DNA from: Raja brachyura
Taxonomy: Eukaryota
Assembly (NCBI GenBank): GCA_963514005.1
Contig: OY740801.1
Location: forward strand, 23,560,001-23,624,000
Length of the DNA stretch: 64,000 bases
Direction: 5' to 3'
The position numbers were made by a program, and so were the translations under genes. Shown one piece after another: positions 34,945-49,333 of this stretch (positions are counted from its first letter, which is position 1; each line of letters begins with the position of its first letter). The notes under the pieces are model-generated. The model was not told the origin of the DNA. It did no database searches and saw nothing but the letters and a program-made list of their open reading frames with translations.

Positions 34945-37620
34945 AGATCAGACCATCTATATTGGGACTTAATCTTGCACTAAATGTTGTACCCTTTATC
35001 CTGTATCTGTACACTGTGGGCGGCTTCATTGTAATCATGCACAGTCTTTTCATTGACTGGATAGCACGCAAATAAACGTTTTTCACTGTACCTTGGTACA
35101 TGTGATGATAATAAACTAAACTAAACTGGTGCAGTGGCATTGGTGATACATATATAAATATATCCTCACATGGTTTGTGTGTGTGTTTCCCTGCATATGT
35201 GTTTGTATGCATGTATCATTTGGAGTTATGACCCATTATGTGTGCCTTGGAAGATTTGTGTGTTCATTATTGTATTTCTGTCTGAGTGTGTAGCCTTTGG
35301 TTTATTATTGTCACATGTACCGCGGTACAGTGAAAAGCTTTGTATTGCATGGTATTTCATCAGATCAGATAATGCTATAAATAAATGAAATCAAGTTAAA
35401 TTCAAGTACAATAGGTAGAGAGGAGGGGAAGATGCAGAGTGCAGAATATAGTGTTCGGCGTTGCAACGCATCAGTTCCAGAGACGATCTCTGCAATGCGG
35501 TTGAGGTGACAGTACACTAGCTTATGGAAGGACCATTCAGAGACTTGATTAATAGAGGGGAAGAGGCTGTTCCTGAATCTGATGGTGCACACTTCTGTAC
35601 CTATCAGTACATATGGGGGTTATTGTTTGAAATATAATCAGTAAGGAATATTGTTGTGAGTACTCAGCTCCTATTTTTTATGTTATTATATGGACAATTT
35701 AAAAAAATAGCTTGGATGGTCTGAGGAAGGGACCCGACATTGCCTATCTGTGTCCTCCAGAGATGCTGCTTGATCTGCTGAGTTACTCCCACACTTTGTG
35801 TTCTATGTATTAAAACCACATCTTCTGCCTCCCCTCCATGCCAGGCATTTCTAGCATTCTCTTTTTGGTATCAAGTTTCTGCAGCCACTCTGAACTTCAT
35901 TTCACAAATTTAACAAGCCCCTTTGCTTATTTCTCTCAGTAACAGTCCTCGTTAATCAATATACATCAGGATCATTTGGGCAAACCTGATTTCATGAGAG
36001 ATATTCCCTTTGTCCTACCCATCCTTCCCCCATTCTCTCTCCAATTTGCAGCTAACTTGTTTTCTTACTTTTTCAGTGCTAATGAAGGGACTTCAACCTG
36101 AACTGTTAACTCTATACTTTTTCCGTCGATATTACCTGACCCTGTGACTATTTTGGTTTTGTTCAAATTTTCAGCATCTAGTCTTTTGATTTTTTTATCT
36201 GTGCCTACTATTTACTTGTTCCCATCCCCTTTCACATTGGTGACCTTCTTTATACATTGTCCATTCAATCTTATGGTCATGATATCAAACTCACTGAATT
36301 TGTTTCAGATCACACACCCTCAGAGCCTGCAACCTCAAACCTTTGCTCAGTGCCAAGTTGGCTTTGAGTTTGAAGTTAGTTTGACTTTAGTTTATTGTCA
36401 TGTGTACCAAGGTTCAGTGAAAAGCTTTTGTTGCGTGCTAACGAGTCAGCGGAAAGACAATACATGATTCCAATCGAGCCATCCACAGTGTACAGATACA
36501 TGATAAAGAGAATAATGTAAATAACATTTAGTGCAAAAGAAAACCAGTAAAGTTCAATCAAAGATTGTCTGAGGTTCTCCAATGAGGTAGATAGTAATTC
36601 AGGACTGCTCTCTAGTTGTTGGTAGGATGGTTCAGTTGCCTGATAACAGCTGGGAATAAACTGTCCCTGAATCTGAATTTCTCAACAACCTGCAACAATC
36701 TTGTTTATTTATATATTTTCCAGATCCCTTTCCCCTCCATTCTGAATCCATTATTATCTGTTTTTATTCACGACTTTATTATTTCCTGTAAATTATGACA
36801 AGTAAGCTGTTTTGTTCCGGATGGTATTGAGCTTCTTGGGTGTTATTGGAACTGCACTCATCCAAGCAAATGGTGAGTATTACTTTGTCATGCCTTCTAG
36901 AGGGTGGAAAAGCTTTAGAATTTCAACGTGAATCATTCAAAGCAGAATATCCAACCTCTCAATTGCTTCTGTAACCACATTATTAATAAAGGTGTTCTAG
37001 ATGAGTTTCTGGCCACTGGTGACTCCCAGAATGCTTATGACAAGATGGCCATCATGGACACAGCCTTCCCCCACCATCAAAAGCATCCACATGAGGCACT
37101 GCCTCAAGAAGGCATCTATCATCAGGGATCACCACCCTCAGGGCTATGCTCTCTTCTCACTGCTAACCATTGGGCAGGAGGTACGAAACCCTGAATTCAC
37201 TTCCCATCTGGTTCAGGAAAAGCTACTTTCTAATAGCTATCAGGCTCTGTTAAGTATTCTATTACGATACTGTTTGGTACCTTAATCCTACCTCGCCAAC
37301 AGAACACTCTGACTGCCTTTTGCACTACCAATGACTCGTTTTTTTTCTAATTTTGTTTTGCACTATTTTTTTGGGGGGTTTTGCAGTTGTTTTTCTTTTT
37401 GCTGTCTTGCAAAATCATATATATAATTTATGTACATTTGTTGCACCATCTTCTATATTTTAGAAATGGTATGTGTAATTTATGTATAATTGATGCGTAA
37501 ACATTTTTGTGTTGTCTGAGTCTATGTGCCTGTGATGCTGTTGCAAGCAAAATCTCGTCACCGTACCTCACCGTATATGGCAATAATCTCGACTCTTGGA
37601 TGGCATTAGACCTGTTGTGA
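34945..37620. mobile_element. Cluster of Rex1/L2-type 3'-tail fragments and Penelope-related repeats
   Basis: Repeated TTTCACTGTACCTTGGTACATGTGA..AATAAAC module at ~35080-35125 (+), ~35300-35340 (-) and ~36385-36430 (-); degenerate 3' ORF at 37040-37250. Confidence 0.6.
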
Positions 37621-40544
37621 ATCTCCATATTTTCTTTCTTGTGTTCTACCTTACCTGGTAACAGGTGCTGAGTGAGGGATGCTAAGAGGCTGCCCTAATT
37701 GGATGGCAGCAGGAGGCCCCATGGGATAATTCTGTGTCCTCATTCCGATAATAGCACCTGAGCCAGGCGCTGGAACAGATCGCAAACAACTGAGGACTTG
37801 GCATATTCATCTCTGTCAGAGTCCAAAAATAAACCACACGCAAAGTGAATGATTATGGGCAGTACATAACTTCCAAGAAATGAAAGCTGCTGAGTGGAGA
37901 AGCCAAAGTCCAAATGTATTAGGGCTGCTCATAATGTCTGGGCTTCCATCCACATTCAGTCAAGGCAGCATTTCCCTTTCAGCTTTGCTGCCTTGTGCCC
38001 CCGACCCAAAATTATCAGAGTTGTGTGGCATCACAGATACTTCAATACCCAGTTTGTGCCTCCTTAGGAATTACTTCATTGTATTACCACCAGGGCAGAA
38101 GAGCAAAAACAAACCCAGCCCCTTTTAGAGCCTTGGTACAAATCCTTCTCAACTCTACGCACTACCTCTCCTCCTCTACCTTTGCCCTGTCTATCTGGTT
38201 TATTGGCTACACCACTTGCATGCCTTGCATAAGAGTTCAAATGACTGAAAGCTCATGCATTAGAGCAGTGATGCCATGGAACCCTTCAGTGAGAGGTTTG
38301 TGTGACTTCATTAAATTGTTGGAGAGCTGCTTGTTTATGTATTAGAATGCCTTTCAGACAGTCTCGTTACTTTCCTTGTGCTCATAAGTTGGTGCTCACT
38401 TGTGCTGTGATACGGTTTCACAGACAATCATTGGTTACCTTGCATTATCTGTCCCATGGTCATCGTTTGTAAGTCTAGACCGTGAGTTACCATTCAAACA
38501 GTATTTTCACAACGAAGCATGGTCATGTTTAGATTCAAATAATATTCAAATGATAAGTAGAAGGTGTCTAGTCTTCCAGTGTCTTGCTTTCTTAATGTTT
38601 GCATCTTCATAAATATGGGAACTATCAACGGCAGCAGTTTGAGAGGAGGGCATCACCACTTGAAGGCAATTACAAGTGAACAAAAAACATCAATAACTCC
38701 CATAACCCACAGAAAAATAAAATAACTTCCTGACCTGGTTGGAAACATTGTGTCTCTCAGAACAAGGCCCATTATTATAATGTATTAATAACCTAGCCCA
38801 ATAGGTGAGCATTATTAATACAGTGTATGGTGTATAGTCCAAGTACATCTATGTATGCTTAGAGTACGTGTGTGCGATGTGAGTGCACATGTGTATGCAT
38901 CCCTGCTCCCTAAGTCTGTACATCAGAGTCTAGTAAACATACAAAATTGTTTTGAGGCTTGCCAGTGTAGATACAAGGAGGTTGTTTCCCTTGGCTGACA
39001 TGTCTAGAAACAGGAATCACAGTCTGAAAATAAATGATCAAACATTAGGGAAAGAGATGGAAATACATTTCAACTGAAAGCTTAGTGAATCTTTAGAACT
39101 CTTTACCCAAAGGATCTCTGAAGGCTCCATTGCAGAGTATTGACTAAAGAAATATCAAGGGAAGTAAGCAGTATGGAGTTAGTGCAGGAAAATAGTGTTG
39201 AAGTAAAAGGTTAGTCAATATCTTATTGAAAGACAGGGCAGATGTTAGGGTCGAAATGACTGACTGCTTCCGGTTCATACATTCCTACCATTGGACTAGG
39301 ACCTCGTGTTGTTAAGTCCTGTGGTGGTTGATATGTGACAACTACTCCCAGAAAGTAAATCACAAGCATTTTCCACTCCTCAGAACTGGAGGCTGTGCTG
39401 TTCAACCTAACAACTTGCCATGCTGGTAAATTATAAGCTGTCACCACACTCTAGGTGAAGAATCTTCCCCTGGATTCTCCATTGAATATGTTTGTAACTA
39501 TTATATATTTGTGCTTCCTATTTCTGAATGATCATCCCCATATCTATCCTTTCAGACTCTGCCATCAGTTGGAAAGCTCAACCTTTTTTATGAAGAAAAG
39601 AGCCACAGTCTGTTCCTTCTTACCTGATATTTTACTGACGGAAGCATCCCAACATATGACCTGGCACAGTCGCTGAGCTGGGAGGCAATTGGGATTTGGT
39701 CATTGTGCTATTACCTTGGTGATTGCTGGCAATTTGTGTGATCCAAATTGTGCCTTGGCCATCATGGCTGTCGCACAATGTATCTCAGTCCCAAACTGCA
39801 GACCAAGAGCCAGAGAAAGGTTGGAAAATTAGATCTGTGTCTATGCCAGTTTAAGAAATAAGCTCTGTTACACATTATACTCATTTAATGGCCATCGGGG
39901 TGAATATGACTATGACTGTTCTCATTGTTCATTTTAATGCCAATCATATATTCACATATTGAGATAAGGGGTTCCTATAATTGTCATATATTTCAATTGA
40001 ATCGCATGTATAATATGTATGAGCTGGGCAGGAAGAGGTCAGTCCACAGGGAGAGCTGCGCCAGTTAGCTGAATGGTCTGTGCCCTTCAGTGAAGGACAA
40101 AACTGAACCATGGAAATATTCAAAAACAATCACTTTGACTGAACTAGGCCACGGGCACTGACCGAGGAACATTCATAGAACACAAATTCACTGTGTTAGA
40201 GTCTGTGCTGATTTCACAGCACAATATTAGGGTATCAAAAATTGTACCTACCTCAAATCAGAGCCCATGGGTATCAGGGATCGTCCTAGTTACAATCACC
40301 ACAGCCAGTTTTCAGAGATTGTCCCAATTCACTACCCTACTGTAAAATTGTTACAGCACAGAAAGGATTATTTGGCCCATTGGATTTGTGGTTGTTCTTT
40401 ATGGAGCAATTTCTTCAATCTTATTTTGCAGGTCATTCCCCATATCACAAAGAATTATTACCCTCTAGTTCTTTTCCCTTTTTACAATTCTATTTGTAGG
40501 GGACACGACTTTTCTTGTAGTATCCCCCATCTCCGTCTCCGTCT

Positions 40545-41158
40545 GCACTGAGGCCTAATGGCGGAGCTGACAGCCTCCAACTGCGACCGACCTCAAGGCT
40601 CCGGAGGCAGAGCCAGCCTGGACTTACCAGCGCGGGTTCAGGCATTCCGGCGTTCCGGCAGCCCGACTCGGAGTTGTGGCGGCTTTCCGGTGGCGGTGGC
40701 AGCGGCAGCGACTTCGGAGGTTCGGCCGCGGGCCCAGTGGACGGCATTGTCTGGAGCTCGCAGGTCACAGGTTGGTGACCTGTTTTTCCGGAGCTCCCGC
40801 GGCAACAGCTGCGTCTGCTGGACTGGAGGGTGGCAGCTTCGGCAGCTTCGGCAGCTTCGACCGGCCCGGGCCGCGGAGTTGAACCGGCCCGTTCGCGGTT
40901 CAGCTGCGGGACTTATCACCCGGTGCGGTCACAACATCAGAGGCCTGGGTCGCCTCAGCGCAGAGGAAGAGGAAGAACAAGAAGGGAAGAGACAAAGACA
41001 AGATTTTTGCATTCCATCACAGTGAGGAGGTGTCTGGTGAACTCACTGTGGTGGATGTTAAATATGTGTTTATTGTGTGTTTTGTTATTTACTATATGTA
41101 TGACTGCAAGGCAACGAAATTTCGTTCAGACCCCAAGGTCTGAATGACAATAAAGTTT
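40545..41158 (+). mobile_element. GC/CpG-rich non-autonomous retroposon with LINE-type 3' tail
   Basis: CpG-rich body followed by hairpin CCATCACAGTGAG..CTCACTGTGGTGG and tail GAAATTTCGTTCAGAC..GTCTGAATGACAATAAAG. Confidence 0.6.
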
Positions 41159-41694
41159 TCCATGAAAGTCCTGAATGTCTCTTCCGCCACCACTGAAGAC
41201 AGTGATTCCACATCAAAACGAATCCATCTAAAATATTTTCCCCCACAATCACACTGTAATTCTTGATCATCACTTTACACCAGTGTACTCCTTTCCTTGA
41301 ACCTTAGTTCCTTGTACACGGCTCAACTAGAATTTTATAAATGTTCGATACAACCTCCCAGCTTTTGTGCTTAATTGACTTTTTTTAAAGTTTGGATCCA
41401 TCTGCTTTATTAACCATTGTTTCAATGTACCCTACCACTATCAAGGATATATGCATCCATATATATGCATCCATATATCTAGGTACCTTTCCTCCAGCAC
41501 AGCCTTTAGAACGGTGCCATATAGATTACATTGGTGGTCTTCAACCTTTATGTCAAAATATGTCAGTACACACTTCTCTGCATTAAACATAAAGTTCCAC
41601 ATGTCTGTCCAACCTTTCATTGTGCTTTACATTCTGACACCAACCTCTTGCTGTTTACCACAACTCTGAGTTTTTAGTTTATTGCCATGTGTAT

Positions 41695-41760
41695 AGAGAT
41701 TTAGTGCTATGCATAGAGATATATGTATAGATGTATAGATAGATGTATAGAGATATAGAA
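41695..41760. repeat. (ATAGAT)n-like microsatellite
   Basis: ATAGAGATATATGTATAGATGTATAGATAGATGTATAGAGATATAGA. Confidence 0.7.
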
Positions 41761-42939
41761 TAGCACATTAGTACAATACCTACCAACCTCCAGTCGCAAA
41801 AACAACTGCTTACCATCACCCACTGATGTCTGTCCTTATCAGAGTATGAGATTGGACCAACAGGGTATGGGTGTTCAAAAATCACTGTCCATTCCCTGGC
41901 ATGTTATCTGAATGTGTTGCTGCACTGAAGTATGTGTACAAGTTTATAACTGCATTTGATTGTATAGTAATGAACATAGTAATGGTGCCATATACCAGTC
42001 TCCACTGTCAGCTCATTATTAAGAGAACGCTTATCTAATATCACTCCTTATTCTGCTGCACTTAATTGTAGTCTGCTTCCAAAAAGCAATCCAATACTCA
42101 CTATTCTTTCTGGGCATTGAAACAAGTAGGAAGTGTAAAATTGAATGCCCATGATGAATTGCAGTAACGAGCACTTGATACATCCGGGAAGTAAATCGTA
42201 AAGAAAAAAAGCTGAGAACTTTCCTGTGCTCAACAAATCATCCTTTGAAAATCTGTTCCTTTCTCTACTTCTCACAGGGTATCATCTGCTTCTACGGTGC
42301 CCATAGCTGATCCATCGCGAACAGCAGATCCATTTGGCGGCAAGCAGCTGAATGTTATCTTGAGTTTTTTACTTTTGACTTAATTTCCTTGTAGTGTCTT
42401 CCTTTCCTCTGCTGAAGGCTTCAGCCCACATTTCTTCTTCTACATGGTGCCATCCCCTGAAGCGTCACTATGATTCTGTCCTCACCACGTGTATAATGGG
42501 AGTCACTGGACTGAAAACACAAATCCTCCAGCAATTTTTCCATCTTAATTCAAGGGCGCAAAATCAAAACGTTTTACTTCTACCATCGCTGTTGAGGCCC
42601 GCTGATCATGGTAGAAAGGGGATTGTACATGGATCTTCTGTATCCAAATAACTTAGTAACTCAATGGATGATGCTCTGAAACAGGAAAAGCCGTAAAGCT
42701 CTCCCAGATGCAAGAGTTTTGGTGATTAAACTATTTCAGTGAGTAATAAAGTGTGAATGTTTGTAAGTTCAATGATTAGACTTTCCTTACTGTCTGGTTT
42801 GGAGGGTTGATGTGTGCAGGAAAGTGCTGGGGTGGGTTGATCCATTATGAATAAAAAATGTTCATTCATAATGCACTGAATATTATTTGAGATTAAATAA
42901 GATGACTGAGGGCGACACTGTATGAAATCTCCAAACTGC

Positions 42940-44400
42940 ATCAAAGGTTATTGTAAGAAATAAAAGTTCATGGTGTAGGAGGTAGCATATTGGATAGAAT
43001 ATTGACTGGCTAAGAGGAAACTGAGAGTAGGCATCAATAGTTTTTTGTCTGTCTGGAAAAATATAACAGGTCATGTGCCACAGGAATCGGTGCGGGGGCC
43101 GAACTAACTTGAATCAAGGCACCAAAGGCATTGTAGCAAAATCTGCGGATGAAATTTGGACAGGTAAAGCAGTAACAGTAAAGGAGACATAAGGAGCCTA
43201 GGAATAGATACAGATAGGTTAGAATGAGTGAGTAAATCTGGAGTTTAAATGGGAAACTATCATTTTGGCAGGAAAAATTAAAAAAGGAGCATCTAATCTA
43301 AAAATGTAGATTGCACAGCTCTGAGAAGCAGAGTAGCTTGCATTTCGTAGAGCATGATATTTGTAGATATGTGGAAACAGTTGCCAGAGGAAATGGTAGA
43401 GGCGGGCACAATTACAATGTTTAAAAGAAATGTGAGCAGGTACGCGGAAAGGAACGGCAGAGGGATATGGGCCAAATGTAGACAAATGAGACTAGCTCAG
43501 ATAGGCAACTTGATCGGCAAGGATAGGTTGGGCCAAAGGGTATATGCTATATACCTCTATCATTTTAAAGGCTAATATGTAAGTGAATTAAGTAATTAGG
43601 AATGCTGACAAAATGTCTTTGTTAGAGGAATTAAACACAGCTACCTTGGTGGGATTTGAGTTTGGATCTCTGAAGAATTAGTCTTTGCCTCTGCGTTATA
43701 AGCCTGATAACCGCAGCATCATCATAGTATGCTGGTGTGTTTCTTGTAGAATGAATCAGAGGTAATTTTATGGGGAGTGAAAAAATGGCAGAGAAATTAA
43801 ACAATATGTTGTGTCCGTTTCACAGAAGAAGGCATAGAAATCCTGCGTTAGTGGACAACTACGAGTTTAGGACGAACGAGGAACTCAAAATATGTAAAAA
43901 ACTTTAATTGGAGAATAAAATGGGGCTCAAATGTAATAAATATCAAAGACCTGATGATCAGCATCTTTTATTTTGATGGAAGTAATTAATGATACAATAA
44001 ATGCATTGACTGTCATCTTCCTAAATTTCATAGATTCAAGATTGGGTCCTCATAAATGGTGAGACTGAAAGGTATTGATGTTCAGAGAGAACTCCATATC
44101 CACACACGTTAATTCCTGAAAGTAAACCTGCAGATACAGCATACTGCTGTCCTGCTCCAATCATGAGTCTCATATGCAGATTAGGTCTCTCTATCAAAGA
44201 AGGATATGCTTGCAATGGAGGGAGTAGAGCAGAGGGTCCCAGAATGATGGATTATGAGTTTGTTGTATGAGGATAATTGACAGGATCTATATGATCTTGA
44301 AAAGAAAAACAGGTTATCTAATTGAAATGAACAAAATTCTGATGGAGCTGAATAGTGTAGATGTAGAGCTGATATTTCCTCTGCCTAGGGTATGTGGAAC
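42940..44400 (+). mobile_element. Highly decayed CR1 fragments
   Basis: WKQLPEEMVEAGTITMFKR, LIEMNKILMELNSVDVE and other CR1 ORF2 remnants. Confidence 0.65.
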
Positions 44401-44404
44401 CTCA

Positions 44405-45130
44405 GATCCCCTGACAGAACAGGAGCAGAGTTCCCTGAGTTTTTACCTTTCACACAACCATCCTCCACACCCAGTGCAGCATCTGCCAACTCCAACATAC
44501 AACTGAAACCACCATCAGTCACATCTTCCACTCACTATCCCTTGTAGCTTCCTCCACTCTGTGACTCCATGGTTCGCTCATGCCTCCTCATCTATCCCTA
44601 ACCCTCCCGAGGCATTTTCCCCTGCAATGTTGGGAGTCGTGACACCTGTTTCTACAACTCCTCCCTCATCCAAGGACCTAAACAGTCCTCTACGTGATAT
44701 GGAGATTCACTTGCACCTCCTCCAACTTCTGTCTATTGCATTCAGTGCTCTCAATGTGATCCAATGCAGACCAAGCGACTACTTTTCCAAGCATCCCCTT
44801 CTTCCCACCTCCCTCCTCAAACCTCCTACCACCCTGTTTCTCTCTTCCTGTCCCCTACATACTCCTGCCACTGGATCTCCTCTCCCCATACTGCTCATCC
44901 CTCCCCACCCTCTGTTCCCATCTGTCACCACCCCTCATTCATTTCCACTCTTCACCTTTCATTCCCAACAGATTCCAGAATCTGCAGCTGTTGTTCTCCA
45001 CCTGTCACCACCAAACAGTTTATGTTCCTATCTCCAGCTTTCCCATCTAAATAAAGGGTCCTAACCCCATATGTCACCAGTCCATTCCCTCCACAGATGC
45101 TGCCGACCTGCTTAGCTCCTCGAGCTCCTC
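44405..45130 (+). mobile_element. Penelope-like element remnant (GIY-YIG region and terminal repeat)
   Basis: TTCACTTGCACCTCCTCCAAC..TATTGCATTCAGTGCTCTCAATGT resembles FTCTSSN.YCI.C..C; ends with the CCCTCCACAGATGCTGCC module shared with the mini-elements. Confidence 0.6.
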
Positions 45131-45141
45131 CCCCTTTTTTT

Positions 45142-47636
45142 GGTACAGGGACTGAATGGCCAATTTCCACTTCCACAGTTATCATGGGTGACTTTAATCT
45201 ACATATAGATTAGGCCAACCAAATTGGTAACAGTGCTGAGGAGGAGGATTTCCTGGAATGTATACGGGATGGATTTTTAAACCAATATGTGGAGGAACCG
45301 ACTAGAGGGCAGGTCATCCTAGACTGAGTATTGTGCAATGAGGAAGGATTAGTTAGCAATCTTGTTGTGCAAGGCCTCTTGGGTAACAGTGACCAGAATA
45401 TGGTGGAATTCTGCATTAGCATGGAGAGTGACACAGTTAATTCAGAGACTAGTGTCCTGAACTTGTATAAAGGAGACTTTGAAGGTATGAGACGAGAATT
45501 GGCTAGGATAGACCGGCAAATGATACTTAAAGGGTTGACAGTGGAGATGCAATGGAAAAGATTTAAAGACCGCATGGATGAACTCCAGAAATTGTTCATC
45601 CCTGTCTGGCGAAAAAATAATACTGGGAAGGCGGCTCAACTGTGCCTGACCAGGGAAGTCAAGGATAGTGACAAATCCGAGGATGAGGCATATAAATCGG
45701 CCAGAAGAAGCGGCAAACCTGAGGACTGGAAGAAATTTAGAACTCAACGGAGGAGGTCAAAGGGGATAATTAAGAGAGGAGGAAAAGGGTATGAAAGAAA
45801 GCTTGCGGGGAATATAAAAACTGACTGTAAAAGTTCCTTTAGGTATGTAAAAATGAAAAGATTAGTGAATACAAATGTTGGTCCCTTACAGTCAAAGTCA
45901 GGTGAATTTATAATGGGAACCAAGGAAATGGCAGAACAGTTAAACAAGTACCTTGGTTCTGTCTACACTAAGGAAGGCACAAACAATCTCCCAGAAATAC
46001 TAGGGGACCGAGGATCTAGTGGGAGGGAGGAACTGAAGGAAATCCACATTAGTCAGAAAATGGTTTTAGGTAAACTGGTGGGACTGAAGGCAGATAAATC
46101 CCCAGGGCCTGATGGTCTGCATCCCAGAGTACTCAAGGAGGTGGCCCTTGAAATCATGAATGCATTGGTGATCATTTTCCAATGTTATCTCGACTGGATC
46201 AGTTCCTGTGGACTGGAGGGTACCCAATTTTTAAGGAAGGAGGGAGAGAGAAAACGGGGAATTATAGACCTGTTAGCCTTACATCGGTCGTGGGGAAAAT
46301 GCTGGAGTCAATTATTAAAGATGTTACAGCAACGCATTTGGAAAGCAGTGACGGAATCGGTCAAAGTCAACATGGATTTATGAAAGGGAAATCATGCTTG
46401 ACTAATCTTCTGGAATTTTTTGAGGATGTAACAAGTAGAATGGATAAGGGTGAGCCAGTGGATGTGGTGTATCTGGACTTTTAAAAAGCCCACACACGAG
46501 ATTAGTGTTCAAAATTAAAGCACGTGGTATTGGGGGTAGGGTATTGACATGGAGAGCGAACTGGTTGGCAGACAGGAAGCAAAGAGTAGGAATTAACAGG
46601 TCCTTTTCAGAATGGCAGGCAGTGACTAGTGGGGTGCTGCAAGGCTTGATGCTGGGACCCCAGTTTTTTATAATATATATTAACAATTTAGACGAGGGAA
46701 TTAAATGTAAAATCACTAAATTTGCAGATGACACAAAGCTGGGAGGCAGTGTGACCTTTGAGGAGGATGCTCTGAGTCTGCAGGGTGACTTGGATAGGTT
46801 GGGTGAGTGGGCATAAGCATGGCAGATGCAGTATAATGTGGATAAATGTGAGGTTATCTACTCTGGTGGCTGAACAGGAAGGCAGATTATCTGAATGGCG
46901 TCAGATTAGGATAATGGGAGGTGCAACGAGACCTGGGTGTGCTTGTACATGAGTCACTGAAAGCAAGCATGCAGGTATAGCAGGCAATAAAGAAAGCTAA
47001 TGGCATGTTGGCCTTCATTGCGAGAGGATTTGAGTTTCGGAGCAAGGAGGTCCTACTGCAGTTGTACAGGGCCCTGGTGAGACTGCACCTGGAGTATTGT
47101 GTGCAATTGTGGTCTCCTAATTTTAGGAAGGACATTATTGCTATTGAGGGAGTGCGGCGTAGGTTCACCAGGTTAATTTCCGGGATGGCGAGACTGACAC
47201 ATGATGAAAGAATGGGTCGACTGGGCTTGTATTCACTGGAATTTAGGTTGAGAGTGGATCTTATAGAAACATATAAAATTCTTGGAGGATTGTACAGGGT
47301 AGATACTGGAAAAATGTTCCTGGAGGAGTTGGGGGAGTCCAGAACCAGGGGTCACAGTTTAAGAATAAGGGGTAGGCCATTTAGGACTGAGATGAGAAAA
47401 AACTTTCTCACCCAGAGAGTTGTGAATCTGTGGAATTCTCTACCACAGAAGGCAGTGGATGCCAAATCAAGAGAGAGTTAGATTTACCTCTTAGGGCTAA
47501 TGGAATCAAGGGACATGGGTGAAAAAGCCAGAACGGGGTATTGATTTTTCATGATCAGCCATGATCATATTGAATGCAGTGCTGGCTCGAAGGGCCGAAT
47601 GGCCTACTGCAGCACCTATTTTCTATGTTTCTATAT
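45142..47636 (+). mobile_element. CR1 LINE, 5'-truncated ORF2 pseudogene
   Basis: MGDFN, KSPGPDGLHPRVLKE, QHGFMKGKSCLTNL, KFADD, HLEYCVQ, NLWNSLP with stops and frameshifts; (TTTCTATG) tail. Confidence 0.93.
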
Positions 47637-48163
47637 TTCTTTTCTTATGTACTAATGTCCCAAACAGAGATGGTGAGTACAATCCATTGAGATTTGTTTT
47701 TAAAATATGGATTATTATTATTCTCAGGAGTATTCTTAAATGCTTCAGACATACAATTAATGAGCAATGGAATGTCTGCTGTGATGTCAGTGAACACAGC
47801 TGTCATTTTTCAAATTGTTGCCTTTTGTGGAAATCTGCCGCCTTGCCATTCTGACAATGGAATGTGGAAGTGAAGTCTATCGTTTGCAAGGTAATGACTT
47901 CTCCTTTAGATTTAAACCACTGGTCCACAGCTGAGGTTCACTGTGCAGGATTATGTCTCATTTATTCATTTGTTGCAATTCCACACAATTTTTTATCAAT
48001 TCTATTTTATTTTCATTGTTGTATCGCACTAATTTGATTGAGGTTTTTGAAGACGTGACTAAGAAGATTGATGAGGGCGCTGTGGTCAAGATGAAGTCTC
48101 GACCACAGTTTGACAAGATACCGCATGGTAGGCTGGTCCGGAAGGTCACGTGGGATCTAGTTA

Positions 48164-48453
48164 GGGGCGGCACAGTGGAGCAGCAGTAGAGTTGCTACCT
48201 CACAGCGCCAGAGACTTGGGTTTGATCCTGACTATGGGCACCGTCTGTATGGAGTTTGTTCCTTCTCCGTGACCTGCGTGTATTTTCTCTGGGTGCTCCG
48301 GTTTCCACCCTCATTCCAAAGACGTACAGGTTTGTAGGTTAATTGCCTTTGGTAAAATGGTAAATTGTCCCTAGTGTGTAGGATAATGTTAGTGTGAGAG
48401 AATCGCCGGTGGGCCTAAGGCCCTGTTTTCCCACTGTGTTTCTAAAACTAAAA
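48164..48453 (+). mobile_element. tRNA-derived V-SINE (HE1-like)
   Basis: GGGGCGGCACAGTGGAGCAGCAG (A-box-like), GGGTTTGATCC (B-box-like), V-domain-like TGGAGTTTG..GGGTGCTCCGGTTTCC, CTAAAA tail. Confidence 0.85.
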
Positions 48454-48624
48454 CCAGCCAATTGGATACAAAATTGGTTTGAAGGTAGGAGGCAGCAGGT
48501 GGTGGAAGAGGGTTGTCTTTCAGACTGGTGGTCTGTAGCAAGTGGTGTACATCAGGGTTTGGTGTCCACTGTTGTTCATTATAAATATTGACAGTTTGGA
48601 TGTGAATAGGAAATAGGAATTCGA

Positions 48625-49333
48625 GTCATCGGGTGGTGCCACAAGCGGCAGCCTCACCAGCAGCGTGTTCGTTCTTTATTTTTTCACTTTTTTTTTGTTT
48701 TTTAGTATGTCTAAATGTATGTTTTAGTGTAGGGGGTGGTGGGGGGGAATTGGGGGAAACCGTTTTCAGTCACTTACCTTGACGGAGATGCGACTTTTCT
48801 CTGTCGCATCTTTGCCCCCCTCGCGGCCTAACAACTGGATTGGTGCGGCCTTTCTCGGAGACCAGCCCAGAGCTTCAGTGGCAGACGCAGCGTGGACATT
48901 AACATCGCGGAGCGGGGCGATCCCTTGTCGGGGCTCGCCAGAAGAAGTGCTCCGACCGCTGCCCTGTGGCCTATCGTGAAGCCGCGATCTCTGGTAAGAG
49001 TGGCCAATTCGGGAACTCCAAGCCACGGGGTGTGTGTTCCGATCCGTCCCGACATCGGAGTTTTGATCATCCCAACAAGAGGGCTTGTACATCGGGCCGT
49101 CCGTAGCGGTGACTACGGAAGGTTCATGGTCCCAACCACGGGTGAGCACAGGAGGAAGATTGACTGAACGCTATTGCCTTCCATCACAGTGAAGAATGTT
49201 GATTCCACTGTGGCAGATGTTTATGTTAAATTCCATTGTGTATGGTGTTCTTTTTGATTGTATGGCTGCATGGAAACTCAAATGTCGCTGTACCTTAATT
49301 GGTGCATGTGACAATAAATTTGAACTTGAACTT
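48625..49333 (+). mobile_element. GC-rich non-autonomous retroposon with LINE-type tail
   Basis: Interrupts CR1; CCATCACAGTG..CCACTGTGG module; ends TGTGACAATAAATTTGAACTTGAACTT. Confidence 0.65.

Noticed and set aside
40558-41025. 155-aa GC-rich ORF or CpG-island promoter of a host gene
   Set aside because: No recognisable protein features; the region ends in a retroposon-type tail shared with 48625-49333.
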